64,000 nucleotides of DNA from Octopus sinensis (taxonomy: Eukaryota). The stretch lies in NCBI RefSeq assembly GCF_006345805.1, contig NC_042998.1, forward strand, positions 75,206,001 through 75,270,000. The letters are read 5' to 3'. The notes beneath the pieces were generated by a model that saw only the letters and a program-made list of their open reading frames with translations, had not been told where the DNA came from and did not search any database. This document shows, one piece after another, positions 37,885-51,310 of this stretch (positions within the stretch are counted from its first letter, which is position 1; each line of letters starts with the position of its first letter). Position numbers and translations under genes: made by a program.

Positions 37885-38248
37885 AACTATTTTGTTTTTG
37901 GATTTGGTTTGCAAGATTCTTTATATGAGTTCGTGTGTTGAAGCATATTCTGTTGTGTCTGGGGAGAGTCATTTTCTTTTTGTGCCTTATAATGTAACAC
38001 ACTCACCGGTAAAATTTCCACTTATTTCTTATTTTTATTTTCCTAAAATTTTCATTGCGTCTTGCAACCTTTTTAAAAGTCTTGACTCTTGAAAGACTCT
38101 TGAAAAGAGTCAAGACTATTGAAAAGGTTGCAAGACGCAACGAAAATTTTAGGAAAATAAAAATAAGGAATAAGTGGAAATTTTACCGGTGAGTGTGTTA
38201 AATCATAAGGCACAAAAAGAAAATGACTTTCTCCAGACACAACAGAGC
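37885..38248. mobile_element. PLE pLTR-like family A, head-to-head palindrome centred near 38095
   Basis: About 37945-38085 is the reverse complement of about 38105-38248. An intact hammerhead motif lies at 38116-38152 (+) and a decayed one at about 38043-38080 (-). Confidence 0.9.
38116..38152 (+). ncRNA. Minimal type I hammerhead ribozyme, U3-A8 variant
   Basis: Identical 37-nt motif to 13802-13838. Confidence 0.6.
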
Positions 38249-38867
38249 ACTATAAACCTAATTATTCAGATAGAAAAATTTCACTTTGCTCCAATCTCAA
38301 CAAAGAAACAAGACTTGAAAGAATTACATGTATATTAAATTTGAAATTCATGTTAGAATTTTTGTGATAAATGTTACATATTTCGCACATATCCAATTCT
38401 CCGACACAGTTACTGTTCCTTTTAGAAATTTATATTTCAGCAGATTACGAAAGGAAGTGTAGATGATTTTAATAGATGTTGCTTTATCATTCAATATCTG
38501 TATAGCAAAATATACTTTACATAATTCTGAGTTTATTTTTAAATGTGTCATTTATTCATTTATTTACATTTAATTTCCATAAAAATTCATTCACATTGAA
38601 AGCTAAAATAAATCCAATGATATTTACGCTCAAGTAATTCTGAGCATTACATAAAATGTGTATTTTATAATTTGGCAGAAATAAACTTTAAATTTAATGT
38701 ACCGGTTTGTAAAAAGTATTTAATTCCTAAGCATTCGTATCAGTAAGTTTAAACTAAAATTATTAACACTTTTCTGAAACCGTAATGTACATGAATTTAC
38801 GAAGGTTTATTTAATAATAAACGAGGGTAACTGTCATATTTTAGAAAATTAACGAACAGAAACTATC

Positions 38868-39218
38868 GTGGCTCTCCGTCGTTGACGACGACAAGTTTTT
38901 CGGTTGAACCTATCAACAGAACAACCTGCTCGTGAAGTTAACGTGCAAGTGGCTGAGCACGCCACAGAAAAGGGACCCTTAAGGTAGTTCTCGGAGGGAT
39001 TCAGCGTGACACAGAATGTGACAAAGCCGGCCCTTTGAAATACGGGTACAACAGAAACAGGAAGAAAGGGTGTTCAAAGACTACAACAGGGTTCGCCACC
39101 TCTCTGCCGGAGAATCGTGGAGCTTTAGGTGTTTTAGATCAATAAACACTCATAACACCTGGTCTGGGAATCGATAACAGCGAATCTACTGCCCTAACTA
39201 CTGGGCCATTGCGCCTCC
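38868..39218 (-). mobile_element. tRNA-derived SINE, same family as 49865-50246
   Basis: Colinear similarity with the 49865 copy, with part of the head deleted. Confidence 0.85.
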
Positions 39219-39958
39219 TCTGCACAAACTAAAGCAGCCTATTGTTTAGAGTGTTGGATTCACGATTGTTAGGCCGTATGCTCGATTTTCGAACCGGGTA
39301 GTGGATTGCGTTCTTGAACAAAACTCTTCCTTTCTAGTTCCAACAGAAGCTTGAGGTTTCACTACACAACGTACTCGCGCCTTCTTCGGGTAGGATTCAT
39401 GTAAAGTCACTTTGTTTAAATGCTACATAAACACAACCAGTTCTGGTTACATAAGCCCGTATGCATCCTAGAGACGTTTTTTATTAAAGTGCAAGTATCC
39501 GATCCTTTGCAAATATTCTTAAAAGTGTAAAAGAAAACTGAGAACCTATATTTGGAGACGAAAATATATAGGGAAGAAGGAACGAATAATATTTACTTCT
39601 CTCATTTTTCATTGTATGTATCTTCCTGTCGTTTCTCGTTCCCTTGTTGTTTAACCCTAGATTAGCCCTTACTTAAAGCCAAAAACATTAAAGCTCTGAT
39701 TATATCGTACCTTAGATGTGTCTTGGACGACATTATCCAGCGCGTGCCCGTCCTGGTTTTAAGATATGATCTGAAACATTTGATTCCTATTTGTTACAAA
39801 TCGAACGAGGTTCCATCATATATTTAGATATTTAAGATACAAGATTCCTTAAAACCGAAAGATCTGAAACAATACATGTCTGTAGGAGTATGAACGCTCC
39901 CAAAAATAAGAAATTTAATTAATCACTCTCTGTTAGGATATTTTTGGTTTTTTTTATA

Positions 39959-39998
39959 TTAGCTTAATGGCACCCACGATCAGCAAATCGTGGGTGCC
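39959..39998 (-). mobile_element. Helitron-like 3' terminus
   Basis: A perfect 12-bp hairpin GGCACCCACGAT/ATCGTGGGTGCC is followed on the minus strand by ATTAAG-CTAA-T, matching CTRR. The 5' end was not located. Confidence 0.55.
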
Positions 39999-40189
39999 AC
40001 TTATAATACTGAAATCGTCGTCGATTTTCGTCATTCTCTAATACTACTGTTGTTTCTCTGTGATTTCTTTCTGTTTTATCTTTTACTCGTTTCCTTCAAT
40101 GGAATGCTGCCAAACTGAGTTTTCGCGTTGAAAGATTTAATCGAACAAATTAACTTCAGAACATATATATTATCGGCGCTATTTTGTAG

Positions 40190-40490
40190 AACTAAATTAC
40201 GATGACATAAACAAACCAACACCTGTTGTCAAGTGGTTGGTGAGACAAACACAAACGCACGCACTCACACACAAGTATGTGTGTGTGTGTGTGTGTGTGT
40301 CTGTGTCTGTGTGTGTGTGCATACACGACAGGTTTCCAGAAAGGTTCCATCTGCCGAATTCACTCAAAAATCATTTATCAGCACAGGGTTACAGTGCAAG
40401 TCACTCTCCCAATTTGCTGCGCGGTGAAACTGAACCCAAAATCACATGGTTACAAAGCGTATTTCTTAACTTCACAACGATGTCTGCATC
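40190..40490 (-). mobile_element. Decayed SINE with internal CA/TG microsatellite
   Basis: Same family as 60365-60650 (GTTGTCAAG...GACAAACAC...ACGAC...ACTGAACC). Confidence 0.65.
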
Positions 40491-40865
40491 TTCGTCAATT
40501 TTTCTTATACTTTGTACTGTTTGCTCAGAGAGAGATCTTTCTCTATTTCTAAAATTTGAAAGTATTAAAAACGGTACTTTGATATTAATTATGTATTTCA
40601 GCGCCAGTTGACAGTAATAGCTGCGTGAAAAACCCATTACACTAACAACGAAATAAATTGCATGAAGAGCGGTTTTCTCATATTAAGACGAATGTTTCAG
40701 AGTTAAGCTTTTATCGTCTGCATGATTACATATTTCATTTTGTCACGAACTATGCCACATAGTTATTTGCTTGCACCCTGTTTTACAAAATCTCATTAAT
40801 TTCACCAGCTAATAAATGCTGGGTAGTCCTCCATCTCCTCCAGCTTTCCTATCAGTGAAAATAAG

Positions 40866-41291
40866 AACACCTATGCTGAACTATTAAGAAATCTGTAGTT
40901 ACTCTATCCAGATTACAAGTTCAGGTTTATACCATAATTATTGGGGCCCTGGGATATATAACACACTGCCTAAATACCAATCTTGTGAAATTAGGCTTCT
41001 CAAAAGCAGAATGGAGAAAGCTAATTCGAAGACTGGAATTGTAAAAATCTGTAAAACTTTGCAGAAGTTTCTCATCTAAATATATATGAGCATGTCTAGA
41101 TATGTAACTATATCCATGAGAATACATACATAAAACATACATACATACATACATACATACATACACAATACATACATGCATACATACAAACAAAAATAAC
41201 CTATTGTTGATGTTGAAATTCCAATGAAGGAAACTTTAACCTAGGTTAGAAACCGGTTCTTCCTCTTTTGGCAAGAAATCTTGAAATAAAC

Positions 41292-41295
<4 letters not shown>
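40866..41295 (+). mobile_element. 3' end of a second R4-like REL retrotransposon family, copy 1
   Basis: Reads TYAELLRNL*LLYPDYKFRFIP*LLG...LGFSKAEWRKLIRRL, with a stop at 41077-41079. The 3' UTR contains an internal (CATA)n tract. Confidence 0.75.
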
Positions 41296-41367
<72 letters not shown>

Positions 41368-41385
41368 GTGTGTGTGTGTGTGTAT
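41295..41385. repeat. (TA)n/(TG)n microsatellite
   Basis: Read directly from the sequence. Confidence 0.97.
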
Positions 41386-42129
41386 AGTTGAGCAATATAT
41401 TCGTGATTATGGCATATAATCGGTCAAATTGTTATCGACGTTTTTGCGCTAACTATCGCGCTTGGCAATATTGACGACTCTTCAGACACAGTGAGTAATT
41501 GATCGCACAAAACCGTCGATAAACTTTTTAACCATTATATTCCACACGCAGAAATAAAATGGTTGCCGATATAAGTGTATAAACAATAAATTTTTCTTTT
41601 AGATTCAGCACTTTTCTGACATATGGACAGCAAGTGCATAATCATGTTACTCTCAGTATGGTTCGAAAGAGGGCAATCGAGTCACTCAACACATCGAGGA
41701 GTTACCTGCATTATTATTTGAAACAGCTTGGTACGGTTCGATGCCACTGACGCCGTAGGCTTCGTACAGAAACCTAGCTCTTTCAAGTTCAGATTATCGA
41801 ATGAAGAGACACTGCAAGAAGGCAGATCACATGGTGTTGTGAGAGGATGCTGTTGAGAAGAGGAAGCCTCTGACGTCTAAGTGTCTGGAAGCTGGCAGAA
41901 TCAGGACCAGTGAGTGTGTGTGTATATATACCAGATCTATAAATGGGCGGTTATGGGTGTGTTATTGCGTATATGCATTCTGTGTGTGTGGGTGCATGTG
42001 TGCATGTGCGCGCATGTATGTGCATTTTCGCGTTTTTGTGTAAACGTATGATTACATGAGTGTTTTCGAGCAAGCGTGTTTGTCTGAGAGAACATACACG
42101 GGTACGTGCATGTGTTTATGGGTGGTATG

Positions 42130-42132
42130 TAT

Positions 42133-42171
<39 letters not shown>

Positions 42172-42194
42172 AATGTATATATATATATATATAT

Positions 42195-42247
<53 letters not shown>

Positions 42248-42517
42248 AAGATAGATAGATAGATACAGAGAGAGACATAAGTATATATCTATGCATGCAT
42301 ACATACATACATGCATACATACATACATACATACATACATACATACATACATACATGCATACATACATACATACATACATACATACATACATACATACAT
42401 ACATACAAACATGCATACATACATACATATATACATACAAACATACATACATACATACATACATACATACATACATACATACATACATACATACATACAT
42501 ACATACATACATACATA
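42130..42517. repeat. Compound (CA)(TA)(GATA)(TACA)n microsatellite
   Basis: Read directly from the sequence. Confidence 0.98.
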
Positions 42518-43155
42518 CCTGATATGATAATTTGGGATAGAGGAGAGAAATTGTGTATAGACGTGGAAATTAACTGCCCAGCGGTCGTTAGCATAAAGCT
42601 AGAGACAATGAAAAAGCGTATACCTGCGCTGAAATATTGAGAAATCTGCAGTTACTCTACCCAGATTAGAAGGCCAGGTTTATACCTTTAATTATTGGGG
42701 CCCTGGGATATGTAACACACAGCCTAAATACCAATCTTGAGAAATCAGGCTTCTCAAAACCAGAAAAGAGAAAGCTATTTCGAAGACTACAGATCCAGTA
42801 CATCGCTGGAATTGTAAAAACCTGTAAAACTTTCCAGATGTTAAGCATTTGCATATATATGAGCATGTCTAGAAATGTAGCTATATGCATGAGAATACAT
42901 ACATAAAGCAAAGCATAAAAATCTGCCCGCATGTATGCATACATACATACATACATACATACATACGTACGTACATACATACATACATACATACATACAT
43001 ACATACATACATACATACATACATACATACATACATACATACATAAAAACAAAAATACCTTGTTGATGTTGAAATTCCAAGGAACTTTGGATCTAGGTTA
43101 GAAACTGATACTTTCCTTATTGGCAAGAAATCCTGAAATAAAACTAAACAATGAT
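42518..43155 (+). mobile_element. 3' end of the same R4-like family, copy 2
   Basis: Reads PDMIIWDRGEKLCIDVEINCP (REL PD motif)...FIPLIIGALGYV...GIVKTCKTF. The 3' UTR is colinear with copy 1, including the internal (CATA)n. Confidence 0.8.
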
Positions 43156-44109
43156 ATACACGCATGGACTTATACAGGTGTATGCTTTATGTATTTATGT
43201 GTGTGGGTGTGACAGGTATATGCTAGTGTTGCGCCACTAACCATAGGACTGAGGTTTCATGGTTTGGGGCAAGGGAGGTTTGATGTTTGTGCCTACATGG
43301 ATGTGTGATTGCGTGTGTGCTTATGTGGGCACACTACGTTTATGGATGCGGATATAGAGGATGCATAGGTTGTGTTGTCTGCGTAGCCCCTGTTGAGCCC
43401 CATCCACAAACGTCTGGTTAAAACTTTCCGAAAGAGACACAACCACTGTCATATTCTTTGAAGAATATCTAAATATCATGGGGCTCACGGTGAAACCTGA
43501 AAGCATCAAGCGTTTGCGCTAGAAAAACTTCTAGAATTCACTACTACCCCTGCAAACAAGTTCGACTTCAAATACCAAAAGTTCCCGCCTCGGATACTAG
43601 ACGATCCTCGAAACTGTTTTAATGAACATCGTTAAGAAGGTAAGATGTCAACATCGTTATAAGCCCTTCTTCATATCTTTAAGTGTATGCATGGTAAAAA
43701 TTATGCAATCGCCTTAAGTATATATTTTCGCAGACAAAACTAAAAAGCATTTATGAAACAAAAATCCCCACTCACACAAGACTTCTCACACACACGATCT
43801 GTGAAGACATCTGCATAAGGCAATTGCTTAATTTTTGCCATGAGGGATAAATATCATTTAATGTACACGGTATAAAAACAGAGCTAGTAATAGTTTATTG
43901 CTGTTAAAACACGTATCTAGGAAGGTTTTTATAATGTGCCTTGTGTCTCTAAGTAATCATCGGGCTCTGAGTACATGCTCTGGTCTATTTGAAACTTAGG
44001 ACACTGGCACATGAGAAACCACGAGAGAGAAAAAAACGAGAAGGGTGATGCAAAGGGTAGAAGGATGAATAAAAGCAGAAAAAGTAAAGAAAGTAAAAAT
44101 GAATTACTT

Positions 44110-46175
44110 TCCCTCTGAACGTAGAAGCCATAATCAAACTGGTCATTGTAGAATAATTGTCTTTATATTCTTTTTTCTCTTCTTATATATTTGGTATCTT
44201 ATATATTTGGGTTCTTATATATTTGCTTTCAAGAATATTCTTCTGGCGGATCTTAATGTACAAAGGTTTTGCTACATCACGTCTCATCGTTTCATGATAA
44301 CGTGACTACAACTGATTATGATGTGGCTGGTATCTTCGCTTTTAACTCCACATAGTTTGCATCACTTATCACATTTCGGTGTTATTCCTGTGTTTTCTCG
44401 AATTTGTGAATCAGGAAATTGGTTGCTATTTCCTGCTCATTGCAAACTCATACCCTTCAAAGTGAGAATTAATGATCCGGTTGTTGGTCAAAGACACTCT
44501 GATTTGATTATCAATGTTGCTGTCATCCCAGAGTTTTCTGCAAACAAATCCATGCATGATCTTCTGCTGGTATGCATTTATTCTATTATTTGATACCTTG
44601 CGGTAGAGTCACGCAAATTATTTGGGCATCATTCAAAGTTGTCACACAAGGAATATTTCTTGGGGACCAGTTTTCAATGTTTCAGAATGATATCTGCCTC
44701 GTGTATGTCAACATGATCAGTGGATTCACTTTCACACTTGCCAGTTAAAAGATCTTGCCGATGGGATATGATGTGACATTTCAAAGTGGTCTTAATCTAT
44801 ATTAAGCCCCTGTATCCTTGGTTTTGCTGTAGACGGAGGCGGTCGACGTCACTGTGAAAATTATTTGTGTCGGCATTTTTACGATTCTTACATCAATAGC
44901 ACGAATATTATCAAGCATCCATTCCAATAGCCCAGAGGTTAGTATGAGTACTTGTACTGCAAACACATTTTGGAACACTGTTTTATTGCATGAAGAGAGA
45001 TCTGCGGTTTCATTTGTTTTTATCTGGCTAGAATGTTCTTTAGTAACATGCTACAGGCACCGTCGTAAGACAAGTGTTCATCTACCTTAGGTACAAGGTG
45101 CATCCCAGGAGTATTGAGACTTTTTCGGTGCTTATTAATTTCAAAGAAATCCCAAACTCATTATCCTTCAAAATAGGATCATCCGACTTCAGTGCACTTG
45201 TACCAATCCAGCTATTTCGTGAACGCGCTATGGAAGACCTCCAAAGTGAATGTGTCCAGGGACTGGTGTCGCAGCCTCCTTCGATGTTTTCAATGTCTTC
45301 AAAACGACTTTCCCTGAAGTTCACATTCAGCGTGGACACTGTAGGGAGAATGAGGAATAGCTTTGGTTGGTTGCCAAGATGGAACTGTAGATTCGTGCAT
45401 TGTCCTGGTGCGGGTGCTCTGGCTTTTTGCGACGAAATATCTTTTACAACTCCATCAAAATCTCCACGAAACACTCTTCGTTGATCGTTTGTTCAAAGGG
45501 AACCCAGTGGGTGTAGATGATACTCTTGTCGAAGTAGGAGATCATCATATTCTTCCCGGTGAACTTGCTTTGCCTAATCTCTTGTACCAGCGAAAAGCAA
45601 TTGTTTGCCTCATATAAATTCAACCGTAAACAATATAGAGCATTTCATGCTTTTGTAGCATTTTTGCCCAATTTAATACAAAACTTTATTGCATGGCGAG
45701 CTTACAAAATGTCTTGTTCCTTGCAATTTAGTCAGCTGTGATGAGCAGTTTGTCGCAGGGTGTGTCCGAAGTGCCCCTTTCAATCTGTAATAACAAAAGT
45801 TGACACATCAGATTATTACATATATATAATGATATACTAAACTCACAATAATCTAGGACAGTTGTAACTGCCTCGCCTAAGGAGGTCTCAATGCGACTGG
45901 AATGCAGAGAAACAATCATGTTATTGATACAGACGCTGTTAGTCTGGCTTACATTTTCCCCTGTATCTTAACCAAACTCCAATCCTATATTGTTTGAAAA
46001 TGTAACCAGGCCATGGGTCTCCATTACCTCCTGCATATTCCTCGCGTACATCTTCAAATCATATTCACAGTAGTAGTATACAACTTTGGTACCATTGAGT
46101 TACACTTCAGAATTCCTCAACTTGAACGACAAATGATTTACTGAAAATGTAGCAGCATCATAAAGATTATCTCCT
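44110..46175 (-). mobile_element. R4-like retrotransposon (RT to REL start), split by a mariner
   Basis: Minus strand: IFQGD and DLKMYARN...FSNNIGLEFG (46170-45970), YL.*DE across the mariner site, NVFAVQVL...FHSDVDRL...GYRGL (45000-44800), CKLCGVKSEDTSHIISC (44370-44300). Confidence 0.8.
45094..45910 (-). mobile_element. Mariner element, internally deleted, inserted at TA inside the R4-like LINE
   Basis: KFCIKLGKNATK is joined to KNMMISYFD..IIYTHWVP.EQTIN...HQDNAR...YFEG. The left TIR starts at 45094 after TA at 45092-45093. A decayed right TIR lies at about 45884-45910. Confidence 0.85.
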
Positions 46176-48399
46176 TGGAATATACAACTATGATACTATA
46201 TTTTATTATTAATAATACAATAACTGGATAGTGGAGCCAGGATGAAGCTAGGCCGGCTTTGGCTTTGATTATGTTCTTTCAAACTTTAGTAAGTCGAAAG
46301 GTTCCTAGCATCTGCAAATATGTATGTACACGAAGTTTCCGTTCTGATCATTAGTCTTGCATTATTATGTAAGACCAACTTTAAAACGTGCGCTAACTGG
46401 GTGCTATAACTACTGATACAGGCGTTTTTATGAATATTTTATATCGTTCAGCCCATATAGCATTTATTATTAATATTCACATTTTTAACGCCAAAGTAAG
46501 AGGCTTTGCGCACTACATCATTTACGCCACTCAGACTTGGCTCATTTAATAGCCGGTGCCAAGTGGAACATATATCCACAAAGCAATCATATGTTTTACA
46601 CATCAGAGATAAAATGGGATGGAAATGCGCTCCAATAGCAACACAATTTCTTCCAGATATAATTAATTACGTTAGCAAGCAGTTCAAAATATATCGAAAG
46701 GATAACCACATGACATTTTAATTTTCAAAATATTTTTCAGCAGCTAACAATTAAATTGAAACATGTCAATTGTGTTTTTCTTTAAAAACGCCCAAACATA
46801 TACTTAACACGTGAAAACATTTGATATGTACATATGTTATCGCATTATAATGTATTCGGAGAATTACAAAAGAAAATGAAAATCCTTTTATACTTGGATT
46901 TATCACAAGAATTCAGGTGTCAAAGATGGTGCCAAATAGAAGTAGGGTGTCTGAAATATTTATCATCAAACATGATGTCGTAAACGAAGTACAGAATACT
47001 GTCAAATACTGACCATGCATCCTCCTCAAAGTTAAAGCTTTATCCAGATTTATGAAAAATACATTAATGTATGTACCATTCATTCTCCTTTAGACTTTCC
47101 GTTTATGAGTCAATAAAGGGTTCTTTCTGTGATTGTTTACCATGTTACATATAGTAAATTAAATTCATCTCTCATAAGAGAGAGACACGTTCGATACTGT
47201 ACCTCCAGATGGACAATTCCCTGGAAAAGAACAGATTACCCATGGAGGAACTGTCAGCAAAGTCTGGCCTGGAAGCCAGACGACTACAACATTAAATTAA
47301 GTAAGACATTAACTAAATATATTCCGATGAACTGTTAGGACTAAGCCAAGTACATTGATGTAGAGATCAAGCGGTTAAGCCTTTTGGCAGTTAAAGTGAA
47401 GAATTTTGTGCATTCTATAATTCATATCTAAACATACATTACGAACGCGACTAATGCATTTTATTCGTGAGTTGTCACTGTATTAACGCAAAATAGTGCG
47501 CTAAATACTATTTAGGGAATATTTGTATACTTAAAGCATACGATTTTAAATTAAAAGATATAGAAAAAAAACTAGTAGAAAACTAGTGAGAGACAGATAT
47601 TTAAGATTATAAAACGGTCAGCATTGAAGACCATGAAAAAAAATTCCTATTAGAAGTGTGGCAACGTGGGAAAATGGAAGAAAATCGTTTATTTGTGCAT
47701 TTATCCATCAATACATACGAGTGATTATTATGTATGCTGAAGTTTATATTTGTTAGATATGTAAATAGTCACAATTTCACATATACTACTATGATCAGCA
47801 CTGGAAGAATAATATCGAAATGCATGGACTGTGTTGGTAAAACATTAAGTACGGATAATTAACTAAAAACATGAAATAGTCTGTTGGCTTTCGAAGATAT
47901 TTATGAAAGATCTATTGCCCTAGTGATACATCATTTCATAAAGATGTTAGAATGGTAAATTATTGAGTTTCCACATTAAATGTAGCTGTGCTGTGAATCA
48001 CTTCACACTGAATGATGTCCACATTCTTGCTTTAAATATTCTTCGTGGGGCCCAAGATAGAATAAAATAACTATGATTGCTCATAAATTCACTTCAGCTA
48101 TTACGGCTACTTTATTTAACTGACACCTTATGACTGAAATTATTTTGCCTATTTACAGTTCGTTATTATCACCTCTTTACTTTATATTTGTTTATTTTTC
48201 TCCAGAAAAATGTTATGATTTAAGTTAATGCAATAACATACTTCTAACTAATAGAACATATAATATGTTTTCCTATAAAATATTTATATAAGCTCGATAT
48301 TCAGATTTTTATATTTAAAAAGAAAGTAAAATAACAAATATGAAAATTTATCAAATGGAAATTTGCATATGTGCGTGTTGTATATAACGTTACACACAC

Positions 48400-48473
48400 T
48401 TACATACGTACACACATATATTGTTCATATATAAATTCACATGCACACATAGATATATATATATACATATACA

Positions 48474-48536
<63 letters not shown>

Positions 48537-48620
48537 ATATATGCGTGTCCGTGAGTGTGTGTGTATGTATGTATGTATTTATGTATGTATGTGTGTGTGT
48601 ATGCATTTATGTATGTATAT
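48400..48620. repeat. (TA)n/(TG)/(TATG) compound microsatellite
   Basis: Read directly from the sequence. Confidence 0.96.
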
Positions 48621-49864
48621 TCAAAGCACGTGCTTATGTCATTTAATGAGCAGAAGCGAAGATTTCATTCACTTTGAATACTAAACATGTCCGTTGATTA
48701 TCTAAAATAGTCAATGCTATGAAATGCACTTAAAGCTGCTGCAGGCAATATTTACTCTTGCTGTCAGAAGTCGATAATTCTCACATCAACATACCAATTA
48801 TTTCCGATAATTATTATCTTGTTCGATGATAATAAAATAAAGTATGCTAAAATAAATGCAAGTCTTTCAGAAACTTGTTAAAGAGTTTGTCGAATGTTGG
48901 GAATTTCGAAACACTATTTTCATAGTAGCATGAGAAAATCTCATAAAAATCTATTTGTATGATATTTACTTGAGAAGTACATGTTGCAAATTTTATGCAT
49001 GTTTTTCGATGAAGACTAGAAAACATTTGGAGGTGAATTATTACATTTATAGAAATTGTATATTATCGTATAATTTAGATACTTCACGGGAAGACTGTCC
49101 GTACATTATTCAATATTACTTATTGCATCACTTTATATATATCTACTTTCACAACCATATTGGGAAATCTTTTATGCCAATAGACCTTAGAATTTGCCTA
49201 TACCGGTTTGGTTCGTGTTCAAATTCAACATGTGTAGATATATTAGCATCCATAGGCAATAAAGTGGAAAATTTCCGACAGTTGACGTTCTCGAGAGTAA
49301 GTAATGCAAATTGCTTCGTAATGGGTTTGGAGTGGACAGACAATTGAATTGGGTGGACACAGCTGACAGTCATACCTTACTAGATCAAGGGACTAAAGTC
49401 CATTAGAGTATCTCTGGATAAGATAGTTAGAAGTTGAAGATCATGTGTCTGCCAAAGTCAACATTTTGTTGGTGAGTAAATAATTGTCAATTCACAAGAT
49501 GCAAACTATGATGTGTTGCAGACTCAGTATTTTAGTGTGGACCTTAGATAAAGGTTTGTGTATAGCAGCAGCACCTTCTCACATGTGGGTGCCACAACTC
49601 ATTGTTGACCTATGTAGAGGCTCCACACATTCACCCAAGATGACTGAATAATTAAGAAGCTCTCTTCGAAATTAAATGGTCCTGGGCTCATTTCACATGG
49701 GTGGCAACTTACATAGGACTCTTATACTATAGCGTAGAGTTAACCAAAGCTATTTGAGTTAAACTAAGTCGGCAGAAATAGTGTGGAAACCTGCTTGATT
49801 GATTCTACCTATAATTCAAAGAGTACATCACGTACACAATCACTTCACTGCTTTTTTTTTTTGG

Positions 49865-50246
49865 AAGCACTCCGTCGGTTACGACGACGAGGGTTCCGGT
49901 TGATCCGAAACAATGGAACAGCCTGCTCATGAAATTAACGTGTAAGTGGCTGAGCACTCCACGGACACGTGTACCCTTAACGTAGTTCTCGGGGATATTC
50001 AGCGTGACACAGAGAGTGACAAAGCCGGCCCTTTGAAATACAGGTACAACAGAAACAGGAAGTAAGAGTGAGAGAAAGTTGTGGTGAAAGAGTACAGCAG
50101 GGATCACCACCATCCCCTGCCGGAGCCTCGTGGAGCTTTAGGTGTTTTCGCTCAATAAACACTCACAACACCCGGTCTGGGAATCGAAACTGCGATCCTA
50201 TGACCGCGAGTCCGCTGCCCTAACCACTGGGCCATTGCGCCTCTAC
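49865..50246 (-). mobile_element. Apparently complete tRNA-derived SINE (OR-like)
   Basis: The head GGCGCAATGGCCCAGTGGTTAGGGCAGCGGACTCGCGG...GTTTCGATTCC has A and B boxes. Confidence 0.9.
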
Positions 50247-50747
50247 ACTTCACTGTACCTGTGAATTGAATACGTGTTTCCGTAACGTTTGGCCAATTAC
50301 CCATTAATTCAACGAGCAGTTAGTTACTGAAACAATTGAATACTCGTCCTCGAATACGAAGGAAATCCATTTACTTTCACAGACAGCTGATCAGACCTAA
50401 ACTATCTCACTCCTTTTACAATTTCATTTACTCATATTCTTTACATGTATTGAGAATGGAAACTGGCTGACAGACGTTCAGGGAAAGTCACATATTTATT
50501 GCAACAAAGTTACATGTCAATAGAGCCTGTTGACAACCTGCAAACAATTTTCTTAACACAGTAACATTTTATGACATGACGTGACAGAGAGAGAAAGAGC
50601 GATGACGAGAGAAATATTCAAGAATACTGGGTTATTGAGATGCGGCGTGATGTGTAGCAAATTAGTATGGTCATAAGTAATATCAATTTATAAACACTTC
50701 TTATAAGGAAGCTCATATTGTATTCTAATGGAAAGATACCTCGTACA

Positions 50748-51144
50748 TCTTTATATATAAATGTACGGTTGTGTGCTGTCTGTCTCCTACGATTTAGATT
50801 CCTAACTACTCCCACATTTTGCGGTGCAGTTTAACCAAAACCGGGTATCTTGTAGTCGTGATTCATATCGAGCCCTTCTGGGTATTATCGCGCGTCTACG
50901 ATGAGTCTACGATTTAAAAAAAAATTTACCATCAATGTTTTCCATTTTTAATGCATTTTTGGCATATATAAGGGAAGTAACTCTCTAAATATTTATTATT
51001 AAATCTCAGAACGTAAAAAGCTACAGTAACACCCCCCACTTTGTGGTTAGCCATATTGAGATGGTTATTATACTTTACATCTCTAAAAATGCTTATATAG
51101 TTATTTTCCTTACAAACCCGAGCAACGCCGGGCGATACTGCTAG
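50748..51144 (+). mobile_element. Non-autonomous Helitron
   Basis: A|TC at the start, hairpin CCCGAGCAACGCCGGG at 51117-51132, CTAG at 51141-51144 followed by T. Confidence 0.85.
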
Positions 51145-51234
51145 TAGTCGATAAAAATTAAAAACTTGTGTTATGATTTGTTTTCTTTTCAGTGGGAGCT
51201 ATCAGTTTCTCTTCTAGCTTTTCGAACTTTTAAG

Positions 51235-51310
51235 CATCGTATTAGAGTACGAAGATACATTTGGTGGCTTCAGCTAGCGTATGGTCCAGAGAGCCACAAT
51301 GATACTTGGT
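51235..51310 (+). mobile_element. CR1 LINE scrap
   Basis: LEY...MVQRATMILG resembles the CR1 LEY...VQRRATK.I.G segment. Confidence 0.45.

Noticed and set aside
51193-51308. Strong acceptor followed by an open frame and a GT donor
   Set aside because: Another frame shows a CR1 VQRAT motif, so it is better explained as LINE debris.
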